A stretch of DNA of 64,000 nt from Octopus sinensis (GCF_006345805.1 NC_042998.1:59210001-59274000); one strand, 5' to 3'; positions 1-14,225 are shown, numbered from the stretch's first letter. Program-made: numbers and translations. The notes: a model not told the origin generated them from the sequence alone.

Positions 1-1135
1 TTGAAATGGTTCAGATTTCTTTGCTCTCGTCAGAGGAAAGTTTCTGTATACAGCAGTTGCGCTTACGTTGTCATAAGTATTAGGTTACCTATGGATGTAG
101 TTGTCTACGAAAAGATAACTGCTGTTATCTGCATATGATGAGTTTGTTTAGAAATGATAGCAAAATTATCAATATACAAAAGGAAGAATATGAATCCCGT
201 TGCTGAACATTAGACAGCATTATAATTGATAGGCTGCGGGTCAGATAGATACGCTTTAATTCCAGCAGAGGAGAGAAAAATATAAGTGCGAAGTAAACAA
301 AAATGAATTTAAATTATAATTTAACTCGTCGACAACAAAAATAGCATCACTGCTAAAGTGGCAGAATGAAAACTCATTAGAATAAAATTTAACTGATTAA
401 GAACACTTGAAATGAATGATTGAATGAATCATATTAGAAAGCTAATTTATTCACAATCATTTAATGACGTGCATGGACAAAGATTATATATATTGCCATA
501 GGCTTTGGTAATATCACTTCTAACATTCCTTTTACGGTAGCTTCCTCAAGAAACAGACCATAATTATTCATTCTAAACGCAATTATACAGGAATCATTCT
601 GATTGTGACTGGGGCTGAAGTGGCTGATAGGAATTAAAAAACGAAATAAGTGATTATATCAGACCCAAATTAATGCGATAAGCATGGCTACGGTTTTTGC
701 TTTTCTGCAATTCGAGCACACATTCGTCTATGATAGCTGAATAAAGAAACCAAAGAAATGATAAGAGAAAACAATAGAGAAATGCGGGCATGTAATGGAA
801 GAGGGGCTTTAGAGATCAGTTACCTGTTACCTAGTCCGTCGGGTGTGATCATAAAAATGTTTGCACTATGTGATGATATTCATCTGGAAGAATACTGAAG
901 CAGAGTAGAGGAGGTACAAGAGGAAATTTGCATGTGGACCTATAGACAGACACTCAACCAGGCAGAAGTAGCAGAATATTGCCAGCAATGTAGCCCATGT
1001 AGGTTCCGAAGGGGACTGCTTTGAAGGAGATTAAATGCGAAATTGGTACGTGTAATAGTTTTGTTTTTATAGCACCAGTCCTGATACTTATTAATCTGAC
1101 TTAGTATGGTCATATGAGCGCGCGTGAGTGCATGC

Positions 1136-1203
<68 letters not shown>

Positions 1204-1348
1204 TAATCAGCCCAGGAATACTGATGATGATCTTAAGAAACATGTAACTTGCAGAAACGCGCGTAGCGATGCATTAAAATATTTATAAATGCCATCTAAG
1301 GATGATTATTGTTATTAGTAATAACATTACTATATTTCTATATTTATA

Positions 1349-1489
1349 AGGCGCAGGCTTGGCTGTCTGGTTAGAAGCTTGGTTCTCAACCACATGGTTC
1401 TGAGTTAGGTCCCACTGCGTAGCACCTTGGGCGACGGGCCGACCAGAGACTTGTGGGTGATATGGTGGAGGAAACTAAATCAAGCCCAT

Positions 1490-1492
<3 letters not shown>
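1349..1492 (+). mobile_element. tRNA-derived SINE family A, 5' part, degenerate
   Basis: Head ggcgcaggcttggctgtctggttagaagc...ggtcccactgcg matches the fuller copies at 12.1, 19.7 and 21.8 kb; ends in a TA/TG microsatellite. Confidence 0.75.
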
Positions 1493-1536
<44 letters not shown>

Positions 1537-1771
1537 ATGTGTGTGTTTGTGTGTATGTGCGCGTGTGTGTGCGCGTGTGTGTGCGTGTGTGTATGTGCGT
1601 GTATATGTGTGTGGTGTGTGTGTACATGTGTGAGTGTGTGTGTGTGTGTGTGGTGTATATATATATATATATATACATATATACTTATATTACACACACA
1701 TATATATAAATATATATACATATATACATATGTACGTATATATGTATTTATATACATACATACATATATAT

Positions 1772-1828
<57 letters not shown>

Positions 1829-2202
1829 CATATATTATATACACACAAAAAAGCCTTATGAGCTGTCGTACTTGCCAGTACAATTCGTGCCTATTTTTAA
1901 AATGTAGATTACAATACTTTATACAGAGGCGCATCTCGCCCTGACATACACACTCAAACGTGTTAATGTAATTTTATGTGAAATTTTGTATAAAAAAAGA
2001 ATATACTATTAGGCTCTAATGTAATAATATATTTTTCAGCAGCAATTATATTTATCACTCTTTTACAAAGAATAGCTTGAACAAGGAGTTCGATGTTTAA
2101 ATTTCCTGGCTGTCATCATATATGTGTATGTGTTTGTGTGAGTGTAAGTATGTGGATATATAAATATATGAATATTATATATAAATATATGTATATGTAT
2201 AT

Positions 2203-2291
<89 letters not shown>

Positions 2292-2298
<7 letters not shown>

Positions 2299-2492
2299 GA
2301 AAGAAGGTTTGAAAATCCAATTTTAAAATATGTTTATTTACTTTACCGGTTTCACTCTTTGGAAAAAGATTGTCAAAGGTAACATGTAGAAGTTTGGTAT
2401 GTTACTTTTGACAATCTTTTCCCCAAGAGTGAAACCGGTAAAGTAAATAAACATCTTTTAAAATTGCATTTTCAAACCTTCTTTCGTATATA
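2292..2492. repeat. Fold-back element: ~95-bp inverted arms with a 13-nt spacer, next to (TA)n
   Basis: 2292-2385 is the near-exact reverse complement of 2399-2492. Confidence 0.9.
2402..2446 (+). ncRNA. Type I hammerhead ribozyme motif, U3-A8 core variant (mirror copy on minus strand at ~2338-2382)
   Basis: Stem I ttactt/aagtaa; core TTGACAA; stem II 2415-2430 (5 bp with U.U at the base); GAAA 2431-2434; palindromic ACCGGT stem III; GUA cleavage triplet 2438-2440. Confidence 0.65.
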
Positions 2493-2527
2493 ATTCCACT
2501 CGTGCGGTACCCTACAACTCCACTTTG

Positions 2528-2569
<42 letters not shown>

Positions 2570-2986
2570 GAAGGTTTGGAGATGAGGCACAGGTATTTTA
2601 TAGTAGAAGAAATGAGGTACTCAGAAATTTGGATGGTTTTATATTTACAGATATTTATTTGTATATTACATGTTTTTATACATCATATGTCATATGTCAT
2701 ATATTATATATTAGCGCTTTCGTCCTTTCTAGTGGAGTTGTCATGGATATGTATGTGTGTGATTGTGTCTCCCCCCCACAAGTTCATGGTACATGTATAT
2801 CTGTATGTATGTGTATAGCAGTGCGTTTATGTACATGTATATGTAAGTGTATGAATATGACAATATGTCCGTATATACATGGGTATATGTGGGCGTGTTT
2901 GTATACTGGATGTGTGGAATCGACCATCGCTGGGTATCCTTATCATTAGAATATCTTGATTCAAATGAATCCTACAAATGGTCATG

Positions 2987-3024
<38 letters not shown>

Positions 3025-3749
3025 TAAAACCACATACAGAGTCATATGCGTGCGAGTATAATATTTCTTTCGTAGGTATCAAAATCAATGATGTATAGGA
3101 TGTGAGAGTTCAGTTGTCACCATGAAGCTTTTGATGTTTTTGTTTTCTCCATGGCCACTATTGACCTCTGTGAGGTGAAATCTGTGAAATCAGAGAAACT
3201 ATAGAATCACTTTATTTTTACGCTACGATAACTCCTTCACAAAATAAACACAACTTCAGTGAACATAATTCACGAACTTAAACATACATAAAATAGAAAT
3301 CACCCAAGTACAATAAAATGACAGCAACATAAAATCATGTGAAATACAGAACTATAGATAAAATTAAATGTCATAGAGATAAAATATAACCACTAATTTA
3401 TATTTTTTTTCAACTGAGAGTTAAAACAAAATGAGGCAATTATTTATTCAAATTTATTGAGAAGTAGAAATTTTACGTTGGGTTTTGTTACAAAACTGAA
3501 AACAGAGAAATAATTGGTGATTTTTTATTACGATGAATCTAAACTAGGCAATTCAGCAATTTCTGAAGAAAATCAATAGCAATGAGAAGGTAACAAGACA
3601 AAAATAAAATAAACAGTAAAAACTTATGTAACACTCAGTAAAATCAGCTGAATGGATATGTCACTCAATGTTGTAACGTCTACGTTGACACGGATCCCCG
3701 GAGAACTGAGTTAAAGGAACAATTCACATGGTCGATATGGACAATATCA

Positions 3750-3980
3750 TATTTTGCTTTCTGATTTAGACACAATACCTGCATTTTCGATGGAATGCAA
3801 AAGAAGTCGTTGATGTTATCAATCCTGATACTTAACTGAGACTTTATTTTATAGATCCGGGAGAAATGAAAGGCAAATTTGAACGCGGTGTGATTTGAAA
3901 TTAGAACTTCAAAACGGCGAATGCAATCCTGTAATGTATTTTTCCTGATGCTCTAGCGATTCTGCCAGATCACCGCGCTT
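3750..3980 (-). mobile_element. Degenerate SINE family B copy
   Basis: Reverse complement resembles the ...gagttcaaatt...tttgcctttca...gataaaataaagt... body of the 46 kb copies. Confidence 0.5.
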
Positions 3981-4976
3981 AAAAAAATATTTATACGTTA
4001 CATAAATCAACCATTTAGCGAACGATTAGAGATAAATTCATTGCCGTGACAGAGGTTGATGCAGCTAATGTTTAGATGACATATTTCTACGTTTACATGA
4101 GCAGGGAAAAGACATGGGAAGCAGAAAAGGGGGATATGGAATTTAACGTGACCGTATATATGAATATGAATGATTAGTGTTCACTGCAACAATATGACGC
4201 TAAGATGGCTTGAGGAATGGAAAAAAATTACAAATTGGTCAGGACTGACGGACAATGAGCTACCTAGTTCAGAAGAGAAGCGCAGAAAGAGTAAGTAGAC
4301 AGAAGTTTGGCTTGTATAAGGGACTTCAAAATTTGTAATTTATTCGAAGTTTTATTTTTAAAACCATTAAAATGGCTGTAGCAGCATAGTCCCAAATGTA
4401 TTAACCTTATTTCAATGGTCATCTTGCATGAGCTTCGTCGCAGGTTAGCAACTAGTCAGGCATCTGTCCTTGCTGATGAGATCCAATGAAGATTTACAAA
4501 TAATCGCCAAGTTTGCCAAGAGAAATAAATTCAGATTGTTAGGCTAAGCATTCGTAACAGCAGTGTTGGTTTTCATTTCATTCAATCAATAAGTAGGCAG
4601 AATTTGGTACACCAATATTTCATTGACGTAATTACTAATAGTACTTTTGTATTGGTGAAGTAGGCAGTGATGTTATGTATCTATCGAGTAATGTTTTTAC
4701 GTCAGCCTTGCACTTTTCTCAGAGGCAGTGTAAGTCTGGCGTTAATATCTAACTTTGACAGCAAATGGTTATTCTTACGAAGAAAGTGAAAGATAATAGT
4801 TTCCATTTGTGGCAGTAACCAGGAATTTAAATTAAGTACATTTTTGATATTCAGAGAGAAGAGCATAAGAGACATATCTGAAACTTCAGCAACACCAGAG
4901 TTGATAAACTGATATCTAAGAATTATTACGGAGAAAACTGAAGCCAAACTGGAAAAACTCAGAATATTTTAATGAC

Positions 4977-7321
4977 TTGATATTGGATGTGGCCTACAGG
5001 TTAAGGTGTTGTGCAAACGATTTTGTTGAGCTTGTGCTGGACTCAAACTGGTCACAAGTAGTCACCTCTCCAACAAGAGGCGACAACACCTTGGACCTGC
5101 TCTTCACCACAACTCCTGAAGCGGTTATCAATTGCACTACGGAGGAACCTCTAGGTGACTCTGATCATGCTATGATCATCGCCAATCTGGCTCTTGCGGG
5201 CAACAAAAACCTGAACCATCTCCAATCTGCTTCCTTCGATTGGAAGAGAGCAGATTGGAACCTGTACCACACTGAACTACAGCACCCAAACTGGCGTGAA
5301 TTCTACAACTCTGGAGATGTGAATACTATACTCCAGAGTATCCTGGACTCAATATGGGCAGCATGTGCAGCATCAGTGCCACGTAAACAAAAAAAGAAGA
5401 ACCGCCCCAAAAGGGCAATTTGGGAAACTTCAGCGGTCCGACTTGCCAGGAGGGAACGTCGGACTGCTGAACGGGAATACAGGTTGCATAAATCAGACAC
5501 CAACAGGAAGAAGCGGAATAAATCCTCCAACCATCTCAAGCAAGTGACAAAAAAAGCAGTGCTTGAATTTGAACAGTGCATAGCAGCCAATCCTGACAGC
5601 AAGGTTTTCTGGAAATATGTGCACTCAAAGCAGAGACCTCACTCTCCAGTGGGCCCTCTTCGCAACCCTCACACAAACCAGATCACTGACGACCCCAAGG
5701 AATGCGCAGAACTCATTGCCGAGTGCTATGCAAACATATTCACTGTTGAAACTCAAAATGTACCATCTTCACCATCACTAACAGCAAACTCCATAACAAC
5801 TATGGAATTTACACCTGCAATGCTGCGACGTCACCTTCAAAATAAGCGCAACTATGCCTCCCCTGGTCTCGATGGAGTTACATACCTGCTTCTCAAACGT
5901 GGCAGGCACTTCCTTTTACACCAGCTTTCTATTTTCTTCCAGTACTGTCTCAACAATGGTGCTACTCCGGAGCAGTGGAAAACTGCCAGTGTCATTCCTC
6001 TGTTCAAAAAGGGCGACCGCACATCACCTGTCAACTATCGCCCAGTCAGTCTCACTAGCTGTATTGCAAAACTGATGGAATCGTGTGTCAGAGAAACACT
6101 CTGGAACTTCTGGAGCTCTCACAGTCTCATCCGACCCTCACAATATGGATTTGTCCCTAACTCCAGCTGCAGTGACCAGCTTGTCGAGTTCCTTGAGGAC
6201 ATTACTCAGATTACTGACAGTGGCTCATGGGTGGATGTTGTCTACCTTGACTTTGCTAAGGCTTTCAACTCTGTGCCACACAAAAGGCTTATGGTGAAAC
6301 TCTCTGCAATGGGTGTGGGGGATGACCTTTTTAACTGGTTGAAATCCTTCATCCTCAGCCGAAAGGAGGTAGTCACAGTTCTAGGACAGCACTCTACACC
6401 ATATGAGATGTCATCGGGTGTACCACAGGGATCTGTCCTTGGTCCCCTCTTGTTTGTGGCATACATTAACGACATAGATGCCAATTTAAAGAATGCCACA
6501 GTATTGAAATATGCAGACGACATCAAGCTGTACCTTGAAATCAAGAGGACAGATCCTGATGTCTACAACTCTTTCCTGCAATCAGACCTAGACACAATGC
6601 AGCAATGGATCACAGACTGGCAACTGAAACTGGCTGTGGACAAGTGTACCACCATGCATTTTGGGAGAAAAAACCCTGCGTTCACATACTCCCTCCACAA
6701 CACTGATATCAAGAAATCCTCTTGCGAGCGTGACCTAGGCATCACTGTCAGCAGTGATTTGCGTTGGTCAAAGCATATCTCTAAGATTGTCAGGAAGGCC
6801 GAGGGTGTCTTGGCATCACTCAGCAGGTCTTTTGTTAGCCGCTCTCCAGCCATCTATTTAAAACTGTATACAGCTATGGTACGACCACACTTGGAATTCG
6901 CATCATCAGTTTGGAACCCCTATCTTGCACAGAACATTGACCTCCTGGAATCTGTCCAGAGACGTGCAACCAAACGCATACCCTCCATCAGACACCTACC
7001 ATATTCTGAGCGCCTTGTTTCCCTGGGCATGGATTCACTGAAGCTCCGGCGTTGGCGACGGACTTGGTAAACACCCACAAAGTTATCAACCACCTCACCA
7101 ACAACAACACTGAACACCTTTTTGATCTCCATGTGTCTAACACACGTGGACATGCCTACAAAGTCAGAAAACAATACAGCTCCCATGACTTTCGGAAACA
7201 TTTTTTCACGCTCAGAGTTGCTGAAGCATGGAATAAACTGCCTGCGTCAGTTGTTGACTGCCATGACACTGCATCTTTTAAGGCCCTCATGCTTTCCGAA
7301 ATCCGCCGAAACTACACCTGA
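4977..7321 (+). pseudogene. CR1-type ORF2 (truncated endonuclease + RT) with one apparent 1-bp deletion near 7052
   Basis: The 697-aa ORF drifts out of frame at LRRWRRTW*. Restoring one T in cgttgg gives ...RRLATDLVNTHKVI, joining ORF 7052-7321. Confidence 0.85.
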
Positions 7322-7600
7322 TTATATATACACTTTAGATGAGTTGTAGTGCACCTGAGCACTGTACACAATTATTATTATTATTATTATTTACCGCAAG
7401 GTTTCTGCTTCTACTTCCGGAACGGGCGGTGAGTTCTTTCAGGAGCAAAACGCTTAATTTCATGTTGTTTCAGTCCACTCAGCTGTAAATGAGTGACCCT
7501 GCAAAGGGCTGTCGTCTCGTTCGTAAGAGTTGTGATCTCGGTAACTTATACACTATGGAAACCGTGTAGCTGGCCTTATGAGTCGTAAGGCTGGAGATAG
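4985..7600 (+). mobile_element. tRNA-derived SINE split by the CR1 insertion (head 4985-5014, remainder 7391-~7600)
   Basis: A-box-like ggatgtggcctacaggttaaggtg lies upstream of the LINE. ttaccgcaagg...cagtccactcagctgtaaatgagt lies downstream and matches the continuation of the SINE at 51.1-51.4 kb. Confidence 0.6.
5015..7390 (+). mobile_element. CR1/L2-group non-LTR retrotransposon, 5'-truncated, young
   Basis: GC-richer block. ORF2 carries the end of the APE endonuclease (PTRGDNTLDL...GDSDH) and RT motifs NYRPVSL, QYGF, YLDFAKAF, GVPQGSVLGP and YADD. The C-terminus TRGH...FFTLRVAEAWNKLP lies in ORF 7052-7321. Ends in an (ATT)n tail at 7372-7390. Confidence 0.95.
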
Positions 7601-10600
7601 TAATGTCCAATTGCTGATGACAAAGGTAACATTGTTAAAACAGTGGCGACATTAACAGAAGACTCATTTATTTTCCTAGCATTCTGAAAGGCGAAAAACG
7701 TCTGGTTTAAAAAACTGCCCTGATGATTACGAGGAAGAAGAGAGATTAAAGGCGATGAAGATAGTAATTGTTTATGGTCCTCTCAATTACCTTGATGATG
7801 CTGGAGTTAAGATGTTTCGATGATAATTAATAGGATCCATAGCTGAGTCTGGAAACTGAATTGCCGTGAGCAGTGTCGAATCTAAAGATTCGTTGTTATT
7901 CGTCTGTCTGTTGATGGAAAAAGAGTCATAACACACAGGTTACCATGGTGGCTGGCCTATTAACATGTGATGAGGTAGGGTTTAGTACGCTACAGGACAT
8001 CATTTGTTCCAGCATTACATAAAGTGACCCAAGAATCCATAGTACTAAACATTACATATGTGAAATAACACGACCCTAACCTTACAGACATAAATCTTCA
8101 ATATGGTAAAGTCTCCACAATAACATCAACGATATTCACATCGGCAAACAGGGCTACGGCCATGAAGGTAAAAAAGTTAGTCCCATATAAGGAGGGAAGG
8201 GAGAAGCAAAGAAAACAAAAGAAAGAAAGAAGGAAAAAGAAAGAAAGAAGATAAAGAGAACGAAAGAACTTGAGAATTAAAGAAAAGCGACCGAAATATT
8301 AAAGGAATGATAAAAGGTAAGAAAGAAGGAATGGAATGCAGAAGAAATATTGCAAAAAAGAAAGGAAGGGGAAAGAAAGTTACGAAGAAGGCACTAAAGC
8401 AACAGCAAAATCAACCACTCTTACTATCAATAATATCGATGATAATCACAACAAAAGTAACGTTTTGCCTGCTGGCGCTGTTCGGTGCTAACATTAATCT
8501 TTCAAACAAAATCCTAAACTACCAATTAAACTTTCTACTTGATGTCACTGAACTTTGGTGACCTGTATTAAATCTAATCATGTTAAACTCTATAGACAAC
8601 AAAGATACCTGTATATAAATAATGGATTATTTCTATTATCGATGTTGTATCGTTTATAGCAAGGTGTCTCTTTTAGCAGAATAGGCCTGAGATCAAATAA
8701 ATATAGCTGCGTTATTCGAATCGCTTTATTGGATTGTAAAACGCCATCACGCTTTGTGTTCTTTTCTTGTTTAAAACCGACTGGTGTAAACAAGAGTTGA
8801 CTGATATGTTTCACAGTTACAGCCGTCATATAGAAGTTCATTAAATCTTACATTTCCCTTCTCTTTTTAATGCATGAAATTTCAAAATGTTTTTTAAAAT
8901 TCGTTCTTATATCATCCTCCTCGTTTTAACATCAATTTCTCCAAGCATATGCCAATCGAAAGGAAATTGTTAAAGCAGATTTTACACTACCGGATATTCT
9001 ACCAGTTTCGAAATTTCACCTATTTCCAAGCGAAGTAATATTACGCCTTCGCCGTGCATGTTCTCACGAAAGCTGGAAAAAGGACACCGATTCTATTACG
9101 ATGACATTCGTTTACTAGTATGACACGATGTCAAGACTAAGAGACGTAAATGCACACATAGCCAGGCGCGCATATATGTATATTTATATGTGTGCGTGAG
9201 TGTGTGTGTATACATATACATTCCCACACGCACAAACACACATATATGAGTGTGTGCGTAATATCTTTGTTTAAATTTTGTGGTAGATCCAATGTAGTAT
9301 TTATAGGAGTTATTTACTACGTTGTGAACAGTACATTGGTATATGACGTTAAATATTCTGCATTGGGCTTGCAGCGGGCAGTCTGTACCAGATCTGCATT
9401 TGTAGCTATCACTTCTACAATAGTTAATTGGAGAGAGAGAAAGATGAGGTAGTGCTGGTAGTGGCTAGGTTAGTATTAGGCAGTATTAGGTGGCTAGGGT
9501 AGTAGTAGTATTACGGTAGTTCTTAGATCGAGTGTTATGCGTGTGGGTTCTAGGTGGGCGAGATTGTCTAACCATAGTAGGAGGGTTTGGATTTCCAATA
9601 TTTGTGTGCGTTTGTCTAGGGCTAAGTTGAAATGTGAACTCTTATGCTTCTTTATTCTTCTCTTTCTTCATCTCCTTGTTCTTTTCCTCCTGTCCTCTAT
9701 GTCGTCATTTCATTAATATATACCTTTCCCATTTACATATGTACATATGTATAATACGTGTGTTTGTGTGTGTAGCCTACACTTAAAAATTGTAAAGACA
9801 CAGGCTATAGTAGTCGTGCGCTATCGATTTCCCGTCAGTGTATATTAATGTATTTAACACGGTTAGGGGCATTTTGAAAGAGACATGGCTACTATTTACC
9901 GTGGATCGAGCGACAGCATTAAGACTTCTGGTGTAGCTTTGTTTTTGAGATGAGATCTCCACTTTCCAGATGATTTAACAATTTTCACCCTAATATTCTT
10001 AGTTTTATGCTTATGTTAAACATCTTATAATAAGTATTGTCATTGCATTACTTAGCTCGTCGGTAACGCTTTCATGTAAGTAGAGAAAAAGAATATGAAG
10101 AGCATTATGTAATCATCGTATTCCAATTTCCTACACTTTTCAATGAATAGCATATGAGCTACTTTCTTTTGGTACTGACACAACACAGACTATTCTTTCA
10201 GGTATTTTGGATAAAATTAACAGGAATTAATTCCGTGAAATATTCACAGGCCCCGGTAGTTACTTGAAAATATGGTAGTCTTTTTGTGGAGGGTGAGCCA
10301 TTAATACAAAAATATGCATTTAATTTCAAGTCCGAATGACTTTAGTATTTACTTGCTCACAATTTTGTCCGAATACTTAGCGATTAGAAGTACTAAAAGG
10401 CAATCCGTTATCTCATCTCTTGTTTAATAGCGTCTTGCAACACGTGAATCATTTCACAAACCGAACAGAATGCCTCCGCACTTTAAAATTGCGGATAAAT
10501 ATTTCTCGAAATATATTTTTTGCGCCAGGAAAAAGAAATACACATAGGATAATAAGGGTTTTGGTAGTTAGCACGTCATCCTTACTCACCCAAAAATAAT

Positions 10601-11975
10601 AGCATAATCAAGAAGGCCATGATTATAATACATTTCATTGTTGATGTTTTGAATAAACCTAGGGATAAATAAATCATCCTACCAGATTTTCCCGATACCT
10701 ATCATGCTAATTGTATGGCGCCATCTAGATGCTGCACTAAGCAATTTGTCAAGATACTGCACTTCAGATATAGATTCTTCTGAATTGCGTTCTCTACTCA
10801 AATTGTTCTTAAGTCATTGAACTTCCGTAATTCGAAATTAATATGAACTGAATTAATCTCACTTAAAGAACACCAGTTCCACAAGGAAAGCAATTCACAC
10901 TTATGGACACAGCCCTTCCTGTGTAGATTAAAAAATATAAACATATTAGTTTTAACATCAATTAACTTTTAGGTTTCGAGTTTAATTAGATAATTACTTG
11001 GAAATTAATGTGACTCGCCGGTTCAGTCTTAATCAATGGATAGTGCCGAGATACAATGAACATTCTAAATAACCATTTCTAGGTCGAGTGGCGTCCAATA
11101 AATAAATCTAACTCGGAACGGCATTAGACAGCAAGCTTAAAACTAATGTTAATTCATGAATAACTAACAGCTAATTTACTCTATGACAGGCTGTTGCCAA
11201 GGCAGTGATTAATTACTGAAGGTAATTGCAGTGAAAGTGGTTTTATTGATCAGGCTTGCAACCAATGTATATAGTTATGATACATGTGATAGATTGATAG
11301 ATTGAAAGTTGTTTTATCTTCTTTTTCTCTGTCAGGTGATTGTTAAATAGTAAACTTTAAAATACGTCTAAAATGAAATTAGCGGTGCCCGTTATTTTGA
11401 AGAGAGCATCAGAACATGAATATAAATGACCTCAGTCGACCAATAACAAAGTTAATGAATGCATCTAACTGCTTTGCTATTTTCATTTGACAAACAATCA
11501 ATTAAAAAACAACAACCCAAAATTGAGAATCAAAACACAAATGATTTTCTAACCAATCCATTTCAAAAACCACCATATACTTCCACATTAGGAACCGGAT
11601 AGGTAATTTCATTGATATGTTTTTATTGTTTTCTGCAACCAAGAATAAAATGACAGGCAAAATTCCATTGATTTTTCACAATAGGAAAGTCAGATTTCTA
11701 GGTTTCTAGGAGTAGATTGACAGACAGCACACATTTCTAAACTTTTGCAATTGACTCCTGTAATACAGGATGGCGTTTCTATGTAAACAGCAGACGATGT
11801 CAGCTTAAAATTTATAATTAATCTGCTAGCAACCTTATATGGAATGATACACTTAAAGTAGGCATACACATATGTACAGAAATAGGTTGACAGACATCAG
11901 CACACACACAAATACACACACATACACACCACGCCACACCACCCACATACAGACACATATCTATGTAAAGAACGC

Positions 11976-12012
<37 letters not shown>

Positions 12013-12021
12013 TATATGTGC

Positions 12022-12052
<31 letters not shown>

Positions 12053-12117
12053 CACACATATATATGTATATGGGTAAAATATATATACATATATATGTGT
12101 ATAATACATATAAATGT

Positions 12118-12287
12118 ATGGCTGCGTGGAAAGAAGCTTGCTTCCCAACTACATGCTTCCGTGTTCAGTCCCACTGCGGGGCACCTTGGGTAAGTGTCTT
12201 CTACTATAGCGTTGGGCTCACCAAAGCATTGTGAGTGGTTTTAGTAGACGTGTGTGTGTGTACGACGGACTAAAAGAAGCCCGTCGT

Positions 12288-12319
<32 letters not shown>

Positions 12320-12550
12320 GCACATATATATATATATATATATTTGCGTGTTCTGTTTTTGTCCTACCATCATCGCATGACAACCGAAGTTGGTGTGTTT
12401 ACGTCACCTAACTTTGCGGTTCCGCAATAGAAACCGGTAGAATAAGTACTAGGCTTACAAAGAATAAGTCCTAGGATCGATTCATTCTACTGAAGGCGAT
12501 GTTCCCGCATTGCTGCAGTAAGATGGCTGAAGCAAGTAAAAGAGTAAAAG
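12118..12550 (+). mobile_element. SINE family A, near full length, with internal microsatellite
   Basis: ggctgcgtgg...cagtcccactgcggggcaccttggg...gaagcccgtcg...gacaaccga...agaataagtactaggcttacaaagaataagtcc...gtaaaagagt. Confidence 0.85.
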
Positions 12551-12559
12551 GATATATAT

Positions 12560-12971
12560 ATATATATATATAGATGCGTTTATCTTAACCTTGTTAACAA
12601 TTAACACGGAAAAAATATATAAATAGTTACCAGGGTAGCAAAAGATCACACTAGTAAAACGGTTGTAACTCCTTGTTTTTAAAGATAGAAACTTCGGGTT
12701 TACGTGAAATATTTTGTATAATATATATAAATAAATAAATGGAGTTAAATGCAAATGTTATTCAAATTCTTTTATTTCTGACATGTGTTTCGAAGATATA
12801 ACTGGTATTATATCTAAGATGTCTTATTGACGAGTTTCATATCTACACTTCCCTCAAGAGAAGATTACATTCTTTTACGCAATTTTTTTCCTTTAGAATA
12901 ATACCAGTGATATCTTCGAAACATGTGTCGGAAGTAAAAGAATTTGAATAACACCTGCGTTTAATTCCATT
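12560..12971. mobile_element. Non-coding pseudo-LTR/3' fragment of Hydra-type PLE family 2, with internal inversion
   Basis: 12570-12810 is the reverse complement of 21500-21690. Arms 12738-12818 and 12890-12971 are diverged inverted repeats containing a decayed HHR end (cttcgaaacatgtgtcggaa). Confidence 0.7.
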
Positions 12972-12992
12972 TGTATATATATATGTATATAT

Positions 12993-13135
<143 letters not shown>

Positions 13136-13304
13136 GTATGTATATATAAACATACGAATAGAAGAGGTTTCAAAACTATAGTTTCACACAAGTCTACTTT
13201 GATTTACAGCAATCAGATATGCCTGAATAGATTTGAAAACCTTCCTCCAGATAGCTATGAATTTCTGAAATTATATAGTAATTACTCTTTTTTCTTTCTA
13301 AACT

Positions 13305-13560
13305 AGCGTTTCTCAACCATGGAACCCTAGGTTTCTGTAAAAGGATCCTAGGGGTTTCACGAGAAAGACTGAGATAAACTGATGCTAATATTGCTATACA
13401 AGTACTACATATTGGTTATTGTAATACAGAGCTCATCCTTCCTAACCTATTATGTTATCAAAAAATATAACAACCAATGGGAATATATTTAATGAAGTGT
13501 TTAATTTATGGAGGAAGTATAAGAGGAGGGGAAATGTAAAGGAAAAAATTAAAAGAGAAA
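13305..13560. mobile_element. Possible hAT-type MITE remnant
   Basis: Begins tagcgtttctcaacc, resembling the CAGTGTTTCTCAAC terminus of Charlie/Buster hATs; no second terminus found. Confidence 0.3.
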
Positions 13561-14225
13561 GTTACTAATTCCCTTACACGGAAGCACATACATGCATACA
13601 AAGATATGTACAAACATACATACTTACATATATACATAAATACATACATAGACATACATGCATGCATTCATGCATACATGCATGCATGCATACATACATA
13701 CATACATACATACATAGCGCTTCGGTGAAGGGAGCGATAGGATAAGTCCCAGACTTGATATAAGTACTGAGGTACGCTTGTTGACTAAACCCATCAATGA
13801 TGTTGTTTTCTAAGTGTGTGTGTATGTATGAATGTGTGTGTGTGTGTGTGTGTATGTACACACACAGACACAGACACTCACATAAATATATATATATATA
13901 TATATATAAGAAATGTCAAGGAGAATTCGGCCATGGATCGATGTATTTCAGTTTTTAAACATACAAATGCATCAGTCATTAAAATATTAAAGCATATTAA
14001 AATCTATGATTATATAAAATTTATAATATATGTATACTCCTAGATCCTGTAACTTCATAATGATCAGTTATTACCTGCTTAATATTAACAGCATTTTCTA
14101 AATTGTATTTCCCATAATTGCTGCTGTAACATTTGCTCATCCCGTTAACAAGTGCACCTCCCTATATAACTAAATCTCATCAACCCAGTACAACATTGTA
14201 CGAAATGTGAATTCTGAATAATGTA

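Noticed and set aside
935-1010. AEYCQQCSPC peptide resembling a Gypsy integrase zinc-binding segment
   Set aside because: Only a CxxC-like motif with no supporting neighbouring motifs.
1221-1265. CTGATGA...GAAACGCGCGTA hammerhead-like core
   Set aside because: No stem I pairing found and stem II is poor.
1427-3098. Many overlapping YI/CV/HT-rich ORFs here and at 11.8-14, 20-23.5, 25, 27.5-28.8 and 34.5 kb
   Set aside because: Translations of TA/CA/AAT microsatellites, which lack stop codons by construction.
3122-3178. Kozak-like caccATG with hydrophobic MKLLMFLFSPWPLLTSVR
   Set aside because: Stop after 18 codons and only a weak donor (gtgaaa); expected by chance.
4702-4947. 81-aa minus-strand ORF, and a possible 7-nt micro-exon (cag|AGGCAGT|gtaagt) near 4717
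   Set aside because: No recognisable homology; splice-like matches this short are common in AT-rich DNA.
8590-8841. 83-aa minus-strand ORF with a good donor (CAG|gtatct)
   Set aside because: No convincing acceptor and no recognisable domain.
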